64,000 nt of DNA from Camelus ferus (lineage: Eukaryota): positions 105,712,001-105,776,000 of the forward strand of contig NC_045696.1 in NCBI RefSeq assembly GCF_009834535.1. The letters run 5' to 3'. Positions 1 to 11,898 of the stretch are shown piece after piece. The notes under the pieces were generated by a model that did no database searches, was not told the origin of the DNA, and worked only from the letters and a program-made list of their open reading frames with translations. The position numbers were made by a program, and so were the translations under genes. Within the stretch, counting starts at the first letter, position 1; each line of letters begins with the position of its first letter.

Positions 1-1934
1 AATACAACACTGACCCACAGCCTCTGCAGCAACCAGCCCTGGAAGTCAAACCACAAGCTCCACAGTATCCAGTCCCAAATGGTCAGGACTTGATCAATGA
101 CGGACAGGCAGGGCGTAGGGCAGAATTTCAGCCCTCTCAAAGGAGCTGAAATCCCAGCTGCCACTACATGTTTTGAGATTCAGTTCCTTGAGTGAACCTC
201 AGCATCACCTGTGCACTTAAAGTTTGAGTTTCTACTACATTTTGGACATTGTGAAGTTGTTTAGCTATTTTGAGAGCTGACATCTATGCTTAGTATTATT
301 CCTGTCAATATTAACTGTATGAAGGAAACAGAGAGTACTCTCTCCCCATACTGACTACAGCTTGACCAAAATTCACACTCTTGAACAATCTCACACACTC
401 TCACACATACACTCACACACACATACATACTGACCCTACCCCATGTTCCCTCCCATATGGCTCAGAATAAGGAATCAGCAGCTGATTAGCCTCAAGTCCC
501 AGCCCAGGATGATGATTTTATTTTCTGCAAATAGTGACTTCTGTTTCTCCAAAGTATCACACTCTATGCATAAAGAAATAACTGAAGACTTCCGTTTTGA
601 ACTAGGATGGCTAAAAAATCCTCAAGTGTAAAAGTGCCAGATACACTTCCTAAATATTCTTTAAAATCACCAAATATCTGGCAAATAAAGGAAATACTGA
701 GAGACCAAAATGGTCAGAAATCCTTGGTGGCCTTGAGCTTTGGTTTCATGAACCAAACATGGGGATCAGGAGGCAAACATAAGTGTACACACAGGATGGG
801 AAATTGCATGGGAGAACTCCTGAACTCAGACCCCCAAATATGCCTCCACCAGTAGGTGAAGGAAAAGAACCCAATTTTCAGAGGAAAATGGTACGAAATC
901 CTGCCTACATCAACCTGGTCTCTGAAGGAAGGGGGAAATTACAGCTCCTCTACGAATTTCAGCTAGGGCAGGGAACTACATATTTAGCACCTGGATAATC
1001 CCCTGTTTACCAGGAGCCCATTCCCCTCAGGAATGAGGATCTTGGTCACTCGACCAAGTAAGCCACTCAGGCGAACAGAGGTGTAAACCAAGGGTGGCCC
1101 TCATGGGACTCTGGTCTAGAACTCGCTCTGTCTGTATGAAAGAAGAAAGCAGGAAGAGAGGAAGGAGACATGGACAAAGGAAAAGGGAAGGGAAGAGAGG
1201 TAGAGGTGAAGGAAGGCAATAGCCCGGAGGGACAAAAGGGAGAGGGAGAGACTAAGAATTTAGTTGAAAGGCTTCCCTCCTTGATGCTTCCGGGAACTTC
1301 CCAAAGCAACCCAAGTCCTCTCTGAGAGAAGACCCCTTATCCCTAGGCTTCAAAGTCCTCTTATGAATAAAGTTCCACTGAGCATAATCTCACAATCCAA
1401 AGCAGAGACTTAGGTAACAACCCAACGTAAATGGGAGACAGGTGAAAGGAGGAACAGTAAAATCAGCTCCTCAAAAAATAAAGATATTCATCAGATCCAT
1501 AATATTTTAAAGGTATAAATTTATCAGCAAAATGAAAGATAGACAAAATGAGGCTAAGGAACAAGAAACTGTCAAAAATGACGTAATTGCTCCTTTAAAA
1601 ATTGGTTAAAATGAACATTCAGAGCTATGCTATACAAACACTTTAGAAGAAATACAATTTATGCATTTAAGCAGATTCAAAACAGCTGAAGAGTCAGAAA
1701 CTACCTGTAATTTATCATAAAAGGGCACAGGTACAAAAGTAATAAAAAGAGAATAAGAATTATGAGAGGAAAGGAGTTCTAACACATGACTAGTGAAGTT
1801 TCAGAGGGCAGAAATAGAGAAAATGCTCATACAAAGAAAAAAATCATTCATTCAATATATATTTTTGAGTGTCCACTATATAGCTGAAAATGTTCCAAAA
1901 CTGGAAATACAGCAAAGAGCAAAACAGTTTAAAA

Positions 1935-2070
1935 CGGTAAACTGTTTGGTGGTGAGCATGCTGTAGCATGTATAGAAGTAGAAATATAATGTTGTCTACA
2001 TGAAACTTATATAATGTGATAAACCAATGTTAACTCAACAAAAAATAAATTTAAAATATATATATAAACA
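1935..2070 (+). mobile_element. L1 3' end fragment
   Basis: tgttgtctacatgaaacttatataatgtgataaaccaatgttaactca followed by an A-rich tail. Confidence 0.6.
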
Positions 2071-2300
2071 AGACAAATATTAAAATGACTATCTATTGAC
2101 TTTAAGTTCCAGTTAAGGAGGGAAGTGAGGAGCTAATAGTTTCTGTTTCAGTGAAAAAATGATCAGATGAATGTTTCCAGAGGGGCAAAAGGACTGATTG
2201 AGTTTGCATATTTAAAGCACTAACCTAGAAAGTTAGGAGGTGATGCTCTGGGAATAAATGTTTTAAATTGTGATTATCGAGGGTCACGATTTTGAGTAAT

Positions 2301-2994
2301 TGTTACTGAACCAGGTTTATTTGCCCCACACGCAACAAGCCAAACTCCGAGGCACTGAAGTTTGCAGCAGAGAGAGGGTTTGTTCACAAGGCACTCACGC
2401 GAGGAGACAGGAGAACAAATCTCAAATCCACCTCCCCAAAGACCAGGGGCTTGGGATATTTATGGGATAAAGTAGGGTGGCCTGAGGTGTAGGGAGCCCG
2501 GGAAAAAAAAATGGCAGGAAACAAGAAAAAGGTAAGGTAATCGTTGTTCTGGGCAGGTGCAGCTAAGCTACATGCTTCTTCATAGGTTGCATATTCAGAA
2601 AACGGCAGCATTAGCATGTTCTGAGGGTAGAATTTGGAGCCTTCTGATGTCAAAAAGTCACCAATCTAACACTCTCACATGCCCAGGTGGAGGGCTGATA
2701 GTCCCAACCAGTCTTAACCAGCTAGAGTTCATACTGGATAACAGCTGACTCCAAGTTCCAGAAAAACAACTTGGGCAAACATCTTAAGACTCTTACATCA
2801 GAGGTTCAGAGGTAATCTCTCTAGGGATGATGAAGGGGTCTTGTAACAGTGTTTTTAGACTATATGATGCTTGGAAGATATGCAAGTTTTTGTAAAAAGA
2901 AAGTGAGCTTGATCAGTGAAGGCAGGTTACAGTTTACTATTTATTAATTAAGTTATAGTTTAATGAATCTAACTGATGACTACTATCAGGTTCA
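2301..2994 (-). mobile_element. Solo LTR, ERV1 class
   Basis: Begins TG (2301) and ends CA (2994). 4-bp TSD TAAT at 2297-2300 and 2995-2998. Left part reads as the reverse complement of an ERV1-type R/U5 end. Confidence 0.75.
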
Positions 2995-3499
2995 TAATGA
3001 TAAGGTCAAGAGTATGAGTCAAAGAGATAAGAAGGAGGACAAAATCGTTGAAGGGGAAGAGAATTAAGAGGCCAAGATTTGGGGGCGGGGGGGATCCATG
3101 AGAACATTAAAGCCACCACAAATTACAACAGAGGTGGAATGAGTGAGAATTACAGTGAATCAGGTGCTAAAATTCTCAAAGACTGTGATGGAGACAACTG
3201 CTACACATAAATTTGATAAGTGACTGGTATGTAGCATGACTGAACCCCAGTTTTTTTAAATAATACTTTGTTTATTTACAGATTGTGGTAATACTATGAA
3301 GGCCATAAACAGAGTGAAGAGACAAAAAGCAAAGAAAGTCATTTCAAATAAAATGGTCAGCAAAGGCCTTTTTGAGAAGGTGCTCTCCGAGTTGGTCTGT
3401 GAAGAAGAATGTACCAGTACTGCATAAAGTGGGAAGAAGAGTTGAAACCTAATCTTTTAAAAGTAAAAATAATGGAAGATAGAAACATGTCAAGAATTA

Positions 3500-4200
3500 G
3501 ATATAAGAATGGCTAATAAGCATATGAAAAAATGATCCACCTTGATTGACAATCAGAAATGCAAAATGAAAACACAATGAGTTAGACATCATTTTACTAC
3601 ACCAGGTCAGAAAAAAGTTAAGAGTTTATTAATAAGAAATGTTTGCAAGGATATAGTGAAATGGAAACATACTCTGCTCACAGGAGTGTAAACTGTGAAA
3701 AACACTTCGGGGAAAAAAAAGACAGAGGCATTACCTATTAATTTCTAAAGGCATACGTGGGAACAATTATCTATCCACTTCTACGTGTGTACAGGAAAAA
3801 CGTGAGTCAAGAGTCCACGACTTAAAACTAGATAAATGTGCATTTGATGCCCACAACTAATATAAACCAGGTACATATTTAGTTTTTGAAAACTTACTTG
3901 ACCATTCTGAGCGTCAGTGTTGTGAAGACTAAAAAAGATCACTTTGTTTTTTCCAGGAGGACAGGAAGAAACTTTTGCAGGTCATAGATATGTTTATGGT
4001 ATTGATTGTGGTGATGGTTTATTTCACAAGTGTCCACTTATCCCAAACTGAAGTCCTATAAATTAAATATGTACAGCTTTTTTAAAATTGTGGTATGGTT
4101 CCTGTACAGTAAACTGCACATATTTCAGATGTAAATATGTACAGCCTTTTTGCACAGATTTTTGTATATCAATCATACCTCAATAAAGTGTTGGGCTTTT
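3500..4200 (+). mobile_element. Old L1 (L1M-type) ORF2 end and 3' UTR fragments
   Basis: aataagcatatgaaaaaatga..., gaaatgcaaaatgaaaacacaatgag, and the terminal motif tatatcaatcatacctcaataaag. Confidence 0.6.
4078..4131 (-). mobile_element. 54-bp retroposed L1-like 3' end
   Basis: 14-bp TSD taaatatgtacagc at 4064-4077 and 4132-4145, with poly-T at the left end. Confidence 0.6.
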
Positions 4201-4599
4201 TTTTTATGAAAATGATCATTTTTTAAATGCTCAGTAGACTGTTAGACATATAATAAATGCTCAATAGAATAACTTACTTATATTAAGATTGTTTTAATTT
4301 TGTAACAGCCTTAATCCTCAGGAAGAAACTGCTACAAATATTTTACTTAATATTAAAACAGAATTTTACCTAAAGAGATACGAGTATTTTCCATTTAATC
4401 CTGAAATGAGAGACTAAGAATTAAAGAAATTTCATGAAACATTTAGGTGGGTCTGTATTATGTTCCAGAGGGGGTGGTCTATTTGAGTGGTCTTTCCTCT
4501 AGAATGCCTGAAATCAAAGGAAAACTTTAATCTTAAAGGTGAGTAATATTTGAACTTCTAATATAGGTGAATGTTTCTCTAAAAATACATACACAAGTA

Positions 4600-5052
4600 T
4601 TCTGCCCCCTAGAGGACTATAAAAGTATTTCCCTACTGTGACCTACCAACCACAGCACTGGCAATTGGGCAGCGCAGATACTGGGATTTCCACTGGGCGG
4701 TGCCTCGGAGGAAGAGGAGTATAGCGTGACGCTAGCGTCACTTGCAACATCTTTGGCCGTATGGTGCGCGTACGAATCGGCGTGAGTAGTTGAAGATTAG
4801 AACGCGCGACGCCCAGCCCAGCGCCAGACGCGCTCCCCAAGAAGCCTGTACCGCGAGACTCCCGGAAGGCGCCCCCAGAGCTCCAAGGACTCGCACCGCG
4901 TCGCGCCATCCTCCCCGCCAAGCCAACCCACCCCTCTCTGCCCGGGCTTGCTTCACGGATCCTCGAGAGCTGTCCTAGTGTGCAGGACCGAGCTCTTCGT
5001 CGCCTTCTGCCAGGTCCCGGGAGAGCGGTTCGCCGCGCCGTCGGTCGAGGTG
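4600..5052 (+). promoter_or_regulatory. CpG-rich promoter and 5' UTR of the intact PRR23 gene
   Basis: Abrupt shift to CpG-rich sequence at about 4670. Contains a 16-bp palindrome at 4726-4741 and a CTCF-like site at 4602-4615. Homologous sequence precedes the pseudogene copy. Confidence 0.7.
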
Positions 5053-5829
5053 ATGGGCAGCCGGCCCCGCAACCCCAGCGCCTACCCTGCGGACGGGCGG
5101 GGAGCGCAGGCCGGAGGACCCGGCCCTGCCAAGCGCCGCCGAACGGAGGAGCCTGCCGGCCCCGGGTCTGAGGCGGCGTCCAGCCTGGACAACCTGACCC
5201 GGTCCCCGGCGGCGGGCGCGTTCACCTCAGTGGTGGTCGTGGCCGCCGGCTGTGCCCTGCACGTGGCCCTGGACGACGTCGACCTGGTGCTAGAGCCTGA
5301 GCCAACGTCGGTGCTGCAAGTGTCTCTCGGAGATCGCACCCTCATGCTGGTCCCCGAGGCCCTTCTGGGTTCAGGCGTCCAACGCCTGTGGGGACAGGGC
5401 CTGGAGCAGGGTGCTTTCCTTAGCGCTCCCGAGGAGTCCGTCGTCCTGGAGCAGGGATTCTTCCGCGTAGTTGTGCCAGAGATCGCCGCCCAAGAAGAGG
5501 CCAATCGGGAGGATGTGGGCACCGAATTCCTGTCGGCTGGGATGGATGCTGCAGCCGACTCAGTGGTTGGGCTCCGCCCCTCGGCTGGAAAAATGTCGGG
5601 CCCCAACTCGGAGGTCTTGGTTCCAGAGCCCTCGCCTCAGGCCCCCAACCCTAGTCCAGAGAGAAGCTCTCCTTACTACGACTACACCCTGGACTTCTAC
5701 CTTCAGGAGCCCCTCCCGGACTCACCACTCCAACCTCTGCCTCCCTCTCCGAGTCCAGGTCCCCACGAGCGCCCTCAACGCCCTCACGGTCCTGCGCGCA
5801 AGGCCCGGAAATGCCTGTTCCCGGAATGA
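5053..5829 (+). CDS. PRR23: Proline-rich protein 23 family member (PRR23A/B/C-like), intronless, 258 aa
   Basis: ATG at 5053 (gaggtgATGg) to TGA at 5827-5829. The translation MGSRPRNPSAYP...GPGPAKRRRTEEPAGP...TSVVVVAAGCALHVALDDVDLVLEPEPTSVLQVSLG...SPLQPLPPSPSPGPH...KARKCLFPE matches human PRR23A/B/C as I recall them. Position upstream of FOXL2 fits. Exact paralogue not assignable. Confidence 0.93.
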   Translation: MGSRPRNPSAYPADGRGAQAGGPGPAKRRRTEEPAGPGSEAASSLDNLTRSPAAGAFTSVVVVAAGCALHVALDDVDLVLEPEPTSVLQVSLGDRTLMLVPEALLGSGVQRLWGQGLEQGAFLSAPEESVVLEQGFFRVVVPEIAAQEEANREDVGTEFLSAGMDAAADSVVGLRPSAGKMSGPNSEVLVPEPSPQAPNPSPERSSPYYDYTLDFYLQEPLPDSPLQPLPPSPSPGPHERPQRPHGPARKARKCLFPE

Positions 5830-6416
5830 ACTGCACCCCAGTCCATACACAAACAGTTCTGGCTACCATCCTGAAGGCCCAATGGATTTCCCAGCTTTCT
5901 TTACACTGAATGTCCTACAACCTGGAAATGAAGCACCTCATGTGCCAACAATTCCTTTTTCCCTCCAAACTGGCTATAGTAGCAGAAGAGGTCAGGAGAA
6001 GAAAGCAGATTCTAGAGACCTCATCTCTGAAATGAAAAATCTGCCCAAGCATACGAGACAATGTGTTTTCAGACGGCTGGACTTACAAGATCATCCTCAG
6101 GCCTCTCCATTTCCCCGCGTTTTGCATCAGTTATTTCTCTCAAACTCTACTCTCTCCAGCACCATACCGTTGCTTCCTTGTTTCTCCCCAAACCAAGAAA
6201 TCACTTGATTTATCACGTTGTGAGTTTCCTATGTGTTTTCCCATGAATTTATAAAGACTTTTAGCCATCGCATTTCTCTTTTTTACTGCTCCAAGCTGCT
6301 CTCCTGGAAAACTGAAAAATAGTATGTTTACTATACATAATAGTATGATGTTTGTTCATAGCTTCCTCCTCTGAACTGGAGGAAGTTCTCTTTCAGTCAG
6401 TTCACTTTTCATTATG

Positions 6417-6422
6417 AATAAA
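6417..6422 (+). terminator. Candidate polyadenylation signal for PRR23
   Basis: AATAAA about 590 nt after the stop, followed by TG/T-rich sequence. No transcript evidence. Confidence 0.3.
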
Positions 6423-7548
6423 TGTTGGATTTTATCAGATGTTTTCAGCCTGCACTAGGATATGCTTTTCTTAGAATCTGTTCATCTGGTGATTTTGAAG
6501 CACAGAATGATGTAAAATGTTTGTGTTCCTGCTATTCCATATTATTTATCTTAAATTCTACCCTGAGTTTTTTCTTACGTAAATCAAACTTTTAGCCTTT
6601 AAAAAATTAATTTATTACCATATTTGCTTCACATTTTTATAAAAGAAATAAAATCTATTAGTAAAACTGAAGTTAACAAGATGGTTTCATTTTTTAAAAA
6701 ACATCAATACTAATTATATTTACCAACATGCTTTACCATTGCTTCTCTACTGTTTTATTCTTAACATTCTACTGTCAAAGTCTAGCCTCAGTTTTCTTCT
6801 TGCTGAAGAATATCCTTTAATAGTTATTTAGACTGTATCTTACGTGTGGTAAACTATCTTGGTTTTGTAAATCTCAACATGTTTTCGTGTGGTACACGCT
6901 TAGTCTTGTATATCTAAAAATGTTTTATTATATATTCATTCTTAACTCTAAAATGATATTTAAGTACTTTAAAGATATTACTCCATTGTTCTGCCATTTT
7001 GTTGTTGTTGTAGGCAAGAAATCTCTGCCAATCAAGTTGTTACTCTTTTTATATTTCATTCAGCTGTTCGTTTTAGCATATTTTTTAATGTTTCTTTTCC
7101 TTTGGCATCCTACAGTTTCACTGTAATACCTCTAGGGGTAGATTCTATTTTTATTTGGCTTGATGGAATGTGGTTAACTATCTTAATATGGGAAATTATC
7201 TCTTGCCTGAAATCCCACAAAATCTTAGGCCCTGTCTCTTATAATAACTCACACATCCCCCATGTTAGACATCAGATAAATAATGACACCACTCAATCTC
7301 CCATGACTCTTAATATCTTAATATTGTGTATGTATGCCTTATCAATTCTAGTTTTCTTTATTCTTTAATCCAATTAACTAATCTTTTCATGAATTTTCCA
7401 GTATTGTGTTTATACTTCCACAGAAACATTTTTATTTCAAAGATTTTTTTCAAGATTTTACTTCCTTATTTTTGTTTCAAAACTTCCCCCACTTAGTATT
7501 ATAAACTATTTTTGTTTCATGGATGGCATCCCATCCCTTACGTTTTGA

Positions 7549-9388
7549 TTTTTTTTACTGCACATTTTTTTAGTTTTCATATATGTACTAATTATTGTTT
7601 CTAAGAACAGATTAGATCTTTAGCTTTTTAAACTTATGTAATTATCAAAGGAATAAAGCCAAGCACAAAATAAGAATCAACAGACTGCAGTAATCCAATC
7701 ATAAAGGACAGTCAAATGTGCTTACACATATTCAAGAAATCAAAATAATAATTAGTTCACTAGTAACCTAATTATTATTTTTTAGATTATTCATATAAAT
7801 GATGTCATATGGCATTTTTCTTTCTCTTTCCAGCCCACTTCACTTTGAATGACAGTCTTCAGGTCCATCCATATTGCTGCAAATGGCATTATTTTATTCT
7901 TTTTTATGGCTGAGTAATGTTCCATTGTATATATATACCACATCTTTATCCGGTCATCTGTTGATGGACATTTGGGTTGTTTCCATGTCTTGGCTATCAT
8001 AAATAGTGCTGCTATGAACATTGGGATACATGTGTCTTTTTGAATTTTATTTTTCTCTGGATATATGCCCAGGAGTGGGATTGCTGGATCATGTGGTAAG
8101 TCTATTTTCAGTTTTTAAAGGAACCTCCTTAACTGTCCTCCATAGTGGCTGCACCAATCTACATTAGCACCAACAGTGTTGGAGGGTTCCCTTTTCTCCA
8201 CACCCTCTCCAGCATCCATCATTTGTAGATTTTTCAATGATGGCCATTCTGGCTGGTGTGAAGTGGTATCTCATTGTAGTTTTGATCTGTATTTCTCTGA
8301 CAATTAGCAATGCTGAGCATTTTTTCATGTGCCTATTGACCATTTATATGTCTTCACTGGAGAATTGCTTGTTAAGATCTTCTGCCCATTTTTGGATTGG
8401 GTTGCTTGTTTCTTTGATATTAAGATGTATGAGCTGTTTGTATATTTTGGAAATTAGCCCCTTGTCAGTCACATCATTTAAAAATATTTTCTCTCATTCT
8501 GTAAGTTGTCTTTTCATTTTGTTGATGGTATCCTTAGCTGTAAAAAACTTTTAAGTTTAATTAGATCCCATTTGTTTATTTTTGCTTTTAATTCCAATAC
8601 TCCAGGAGCTGGTTCAAAAAATATATTGCTGTAATGTATGTCCGCAAGTGTTCTGCCTATGTTTTCCTCTAGGAGTTTTATATTATCTGGTCTTACATTT
8701 AGGTCTTTAATCCATTTTGAGTTTATTTTTGTACATGGTGTTAGGGAATGTTCCAATTTCAGTCTTTTACAGGTAGCTGCTCAGTTTTCCCAGCACCACT
8801 TACTGAAGAGACTGCCTTTTCTCCATTGTGTATTCTTGCCTCCTTTGTCATAGATTAATTGACCATACATTTGTGGGTTTATTTCTGGACTTTCTATCCT
8901 GTTCCATTGATCTATGTGTCTGTTTTTGTACCAGTACCATACTGTTCTGATTCTTGTAGCTTTGTAGCATAGCGTGAAGTCAGGGAGCATGATTCCCCCA
9001 GCTCTATTCTTCTTTTTCAAAAGTGTTTTGGCTATTCGAGTTCTTCTGTGTTTCCATAAAAATTTTTAACATTTTTTTGTTATAGCTCTGTGAAGAATGT
9101 CATTGGTAACTTGATAGGGATTGCATTGAATCTGTAAATTGCCTTGGGCAGTATGGCCATTTTAACAATACTGATTCTTCCAATCCAAGAACACAGTATA
9201 TCTTTCCATTTGTTTATGTTGTCTTCAATTTCCTTCATCAGTGTTATAGTTTTTGGCATACAGGTCTTTTGCCTCCTTGGGTAGGTTTATTACCAGGTAT
9301 TTTTTTTTTTTTTTGGCATGATGGTAAATGGTATCGTTTTCTTAATTTCCCTTTCTGCTATTTCATTGTTAGTGTATAGAAATGCAAC
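7549..9388 (-). mobile_element. 5'-truncated L1 (ORF2 C-terminus and atypical 3' UTR)
   Basis: Minus-strand ORFs [33 protein letters not shown] and [16 protein letters not shown] are L1 ORF2. Poly-T at 7549. Flanked by a ~145-bp direct repeat. Confidence 0.95.
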
Positions 9389-11559
9389 TTGTGTTTATAC
9401 TTCCACAAGAACATTTTTATTTCAAAGATTTTTTTCAAGATTTTACTTCCTTATTCTCGTTTCAAAACTTCTCCCACTTAGTATTATAAACTCCTATTTT
9501 TGTTTCATGGATGGTATCCCATCCTTTATGTTTTGAAAATTTTAAACATTAATTAATGGTTCGTTAATTCATTTCCTCAAGGTAAAATCTCCTCTTATTT
9601 GTTTTTCACAAATCACACTGGATTGCCCTATGTGGTTAGTAATTTCACTGGTGGGTGCATATGTACAATTTTGAACGTATGTCATTTGCAGTGCCTATTA
9701 CATACCCATGGAGATGTTTACTAGGAAGTGAGATAAGGGAATCCAGACTGCAGAGGAGTGGTAAAGGATGGAGATATACCAATGTTTTGGAAGAACTACC
9801 TAAGTGTATTTTCAAGTCACCAAGAATTATGACAGCATCAATACAGGAGAGTGACAGAAAACCAAGAATAAAAAAACATTTAAGTAGTGAGGAAGAGAAG
9901 CCCTGGAGTTGGAAAGAGGGTAGAGGAATGCACCAAGATAGATTAGAGTGAGATTATACTCTGATGCTCTGAAATTCAGGAAGAATGGAGAAATGACTGG
10001 GAAACATCAATGAAGAGCTAGAAGAACATATACTGTACCTCCAGGTATGTGTACTAAGAGTGTGTGAGAGAAAACAGCCTCCACTTGAGAAGCCTCCAGG
10101 GTACTCAGAACAAGCAGGTTTCAATTACAGTAGAAATTTAAAGGGAGTATCAGGAAAGTTGGAAGTTTTTTTAGATGTGAGATTCACTGTGAGTTCCAGA
10201 AGGCAGAATGAAAAGGTATAGCAAGTAGAGAAGGATAGGAGGCAGTGAAAAAAGGTCATGTATTGCATATTTGAAGATTTTTAACCTGAGATATTTTGGA
10301 TGAACAGGTTCCTACAATGAAAAAAGGCATGATATTAGTCTTCATGTTCCTATGGCAGATAGAAGTGGCAAGATTTTCAGCACTGAAGAAGGGGAAATGA
10401 AGTCTATTTGCAAAAATATATGTAGTTCTGGGACATAGTATAGTGTCCTCATTCAGGAAGCACCACAACTTTCAAGAGTGATAAATTTTTAAAATATACA
10501 TTTAGACAGACTATTATAAGCCCACAAAACACCAAATCCAAAGAGAATATTTTTGATATGTGGAAAGAAAAGACAACTACAATAAAAAGGCAGTTAGACA
10601 ACTGACTTCCCAAAGTTAACAATGGAAACCAGTGAACAGTGGAATAACAGCAGTACTGCTAGAAAATAACTGTTTTGACCTGGAATTCTTTGCTTAATAA
10701 AACCATTTTTCAAAAATTATCATAAACAAAGATTCTGTTGACCAAAGAAACTTCACTATGAGAATATACTAATTTAACTAGCACTGTATTATTATGTATT
10801 AAATGGTTTGCATCAAACTTAATGTGTTAAAAATATCAATTGTGTGCAATTGCTTCTTGTTAGACAGTTAAATAAATGCAACATAATAGAAAGATCAAAG
10901 ACAGATCCATGCATGAAAAAAAAAAGTATGTAACCCACAAAATGATGCAACTCAGTAAGGAAATAATTTTTCAATAAAAGTATTGGGACAACTGGTTTTG
11001 CACAATGAGGAAAAAATTGAAATTGGATCACTAATTTTTTAAACACTCATTATAACACAAGTCAGATAGTAAGTTTGAATGCAAAAAGCTAACTTTACGA
11101 TAAAATTTTGCTACTGTTATTAATAATTACCACTGCCTGACTTCCAACAATTTAAAAAAAAAAACTACAATCAATCCATTTCACTTGAATATTTTTAAAA
11201 GCTTTTTTATCAAAGAAAAATTGCATTTCTAATTTGTTTCCTGAATGAAAAGAATTTCAAGAACCATGTGAGTGGCTTTGGGAAGGATTGACTACTGATG
11301 GGATAAAGGTTTCCCATAGCCTCATGGAAAATCCTAGAAGACATTAGACATAGGCTACTTCTAAAAGTAAGCAAGCAATTTATGAGGTTGTATTTTGGCT
11401 GTTATCCCAAGTATAAAACTAATAAAGACCACTGGGCCCCATATGGGCATCCAAGGAGTATTCCCCCATACTTTCTAAATAAAAAAGCTTCCGTGCTACT
11501 ACACCGCACCGAGTGCCCTTCTGGTGGAACGCGGGACTTACACTAAGACATTCCGGCAG

Positions 11560-11898
11560 CCCCAGGTCACATGACATCCCAGTCGTGAATTATATCCGGC
11601 TCGCAGACCGATCGACGTGAGGAGCTGAAGATAGAACCCAAGAGGACCAGCACAGCGGCCCCGATGCTACTCCATAGGAAGTCTGCACTGCGTTACTCCC
11701 GGGAGGCTCCCACGGAGCTCCGAGGACTGGCCCCGTGTCGCGCCATCCTGCGCCCCAAGCCAACCCTGCCCTCCCGGGCTTGCATCCTCTGAAGGGGTGC
11801 ACCGGTCCTCGAGAGCTGTCCCAGCGTGCAGGACCAAGCCCTACGTCGCCCTCTGCCAGATCCCGGGAGAGCAGTCCGCCGTGCCGTCAGTCGAGGTG
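11560..11898 (+). promoter_or_regulatory. Duplicated PRR23 promoter and 5' UTR of the pseudogene
   Basis: Aligns by eye to about 4737-5052 (for example tcgcgccatcct..ccaagccaaccc and cctcgagagctgtcc..gtgcaggacc). Still CpG-rich. Confidence 0.75.

Noticed and set aside
1..1400. Possible LTR/ERVL remnants at 1-110 and 840-1100
   Set aside because: Resemblance too weak to name a family or boundaries without RepeatMasker.
4948..5052. ORF-track start giving a 293-aa PRR23
   Set aside because: It starts at TTG. Family homology begins at the ATG at 5053 (MGSRPR).
5471..6208. 245-aa overlapping + ORF and 174-aa antisense ORF (5082-5606)
   Set aside because: Alternative-frame shadows of a GC-rich gene, with no recognisable homology.
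9370..9390. The 7.5-kb L1 truncates at the same tatagaaatgcaac motif that is the insertion target at 24770
   Set aside because: One is a 5' truncation point and the other an A-rich endonuclease target. Most likely coincidence.
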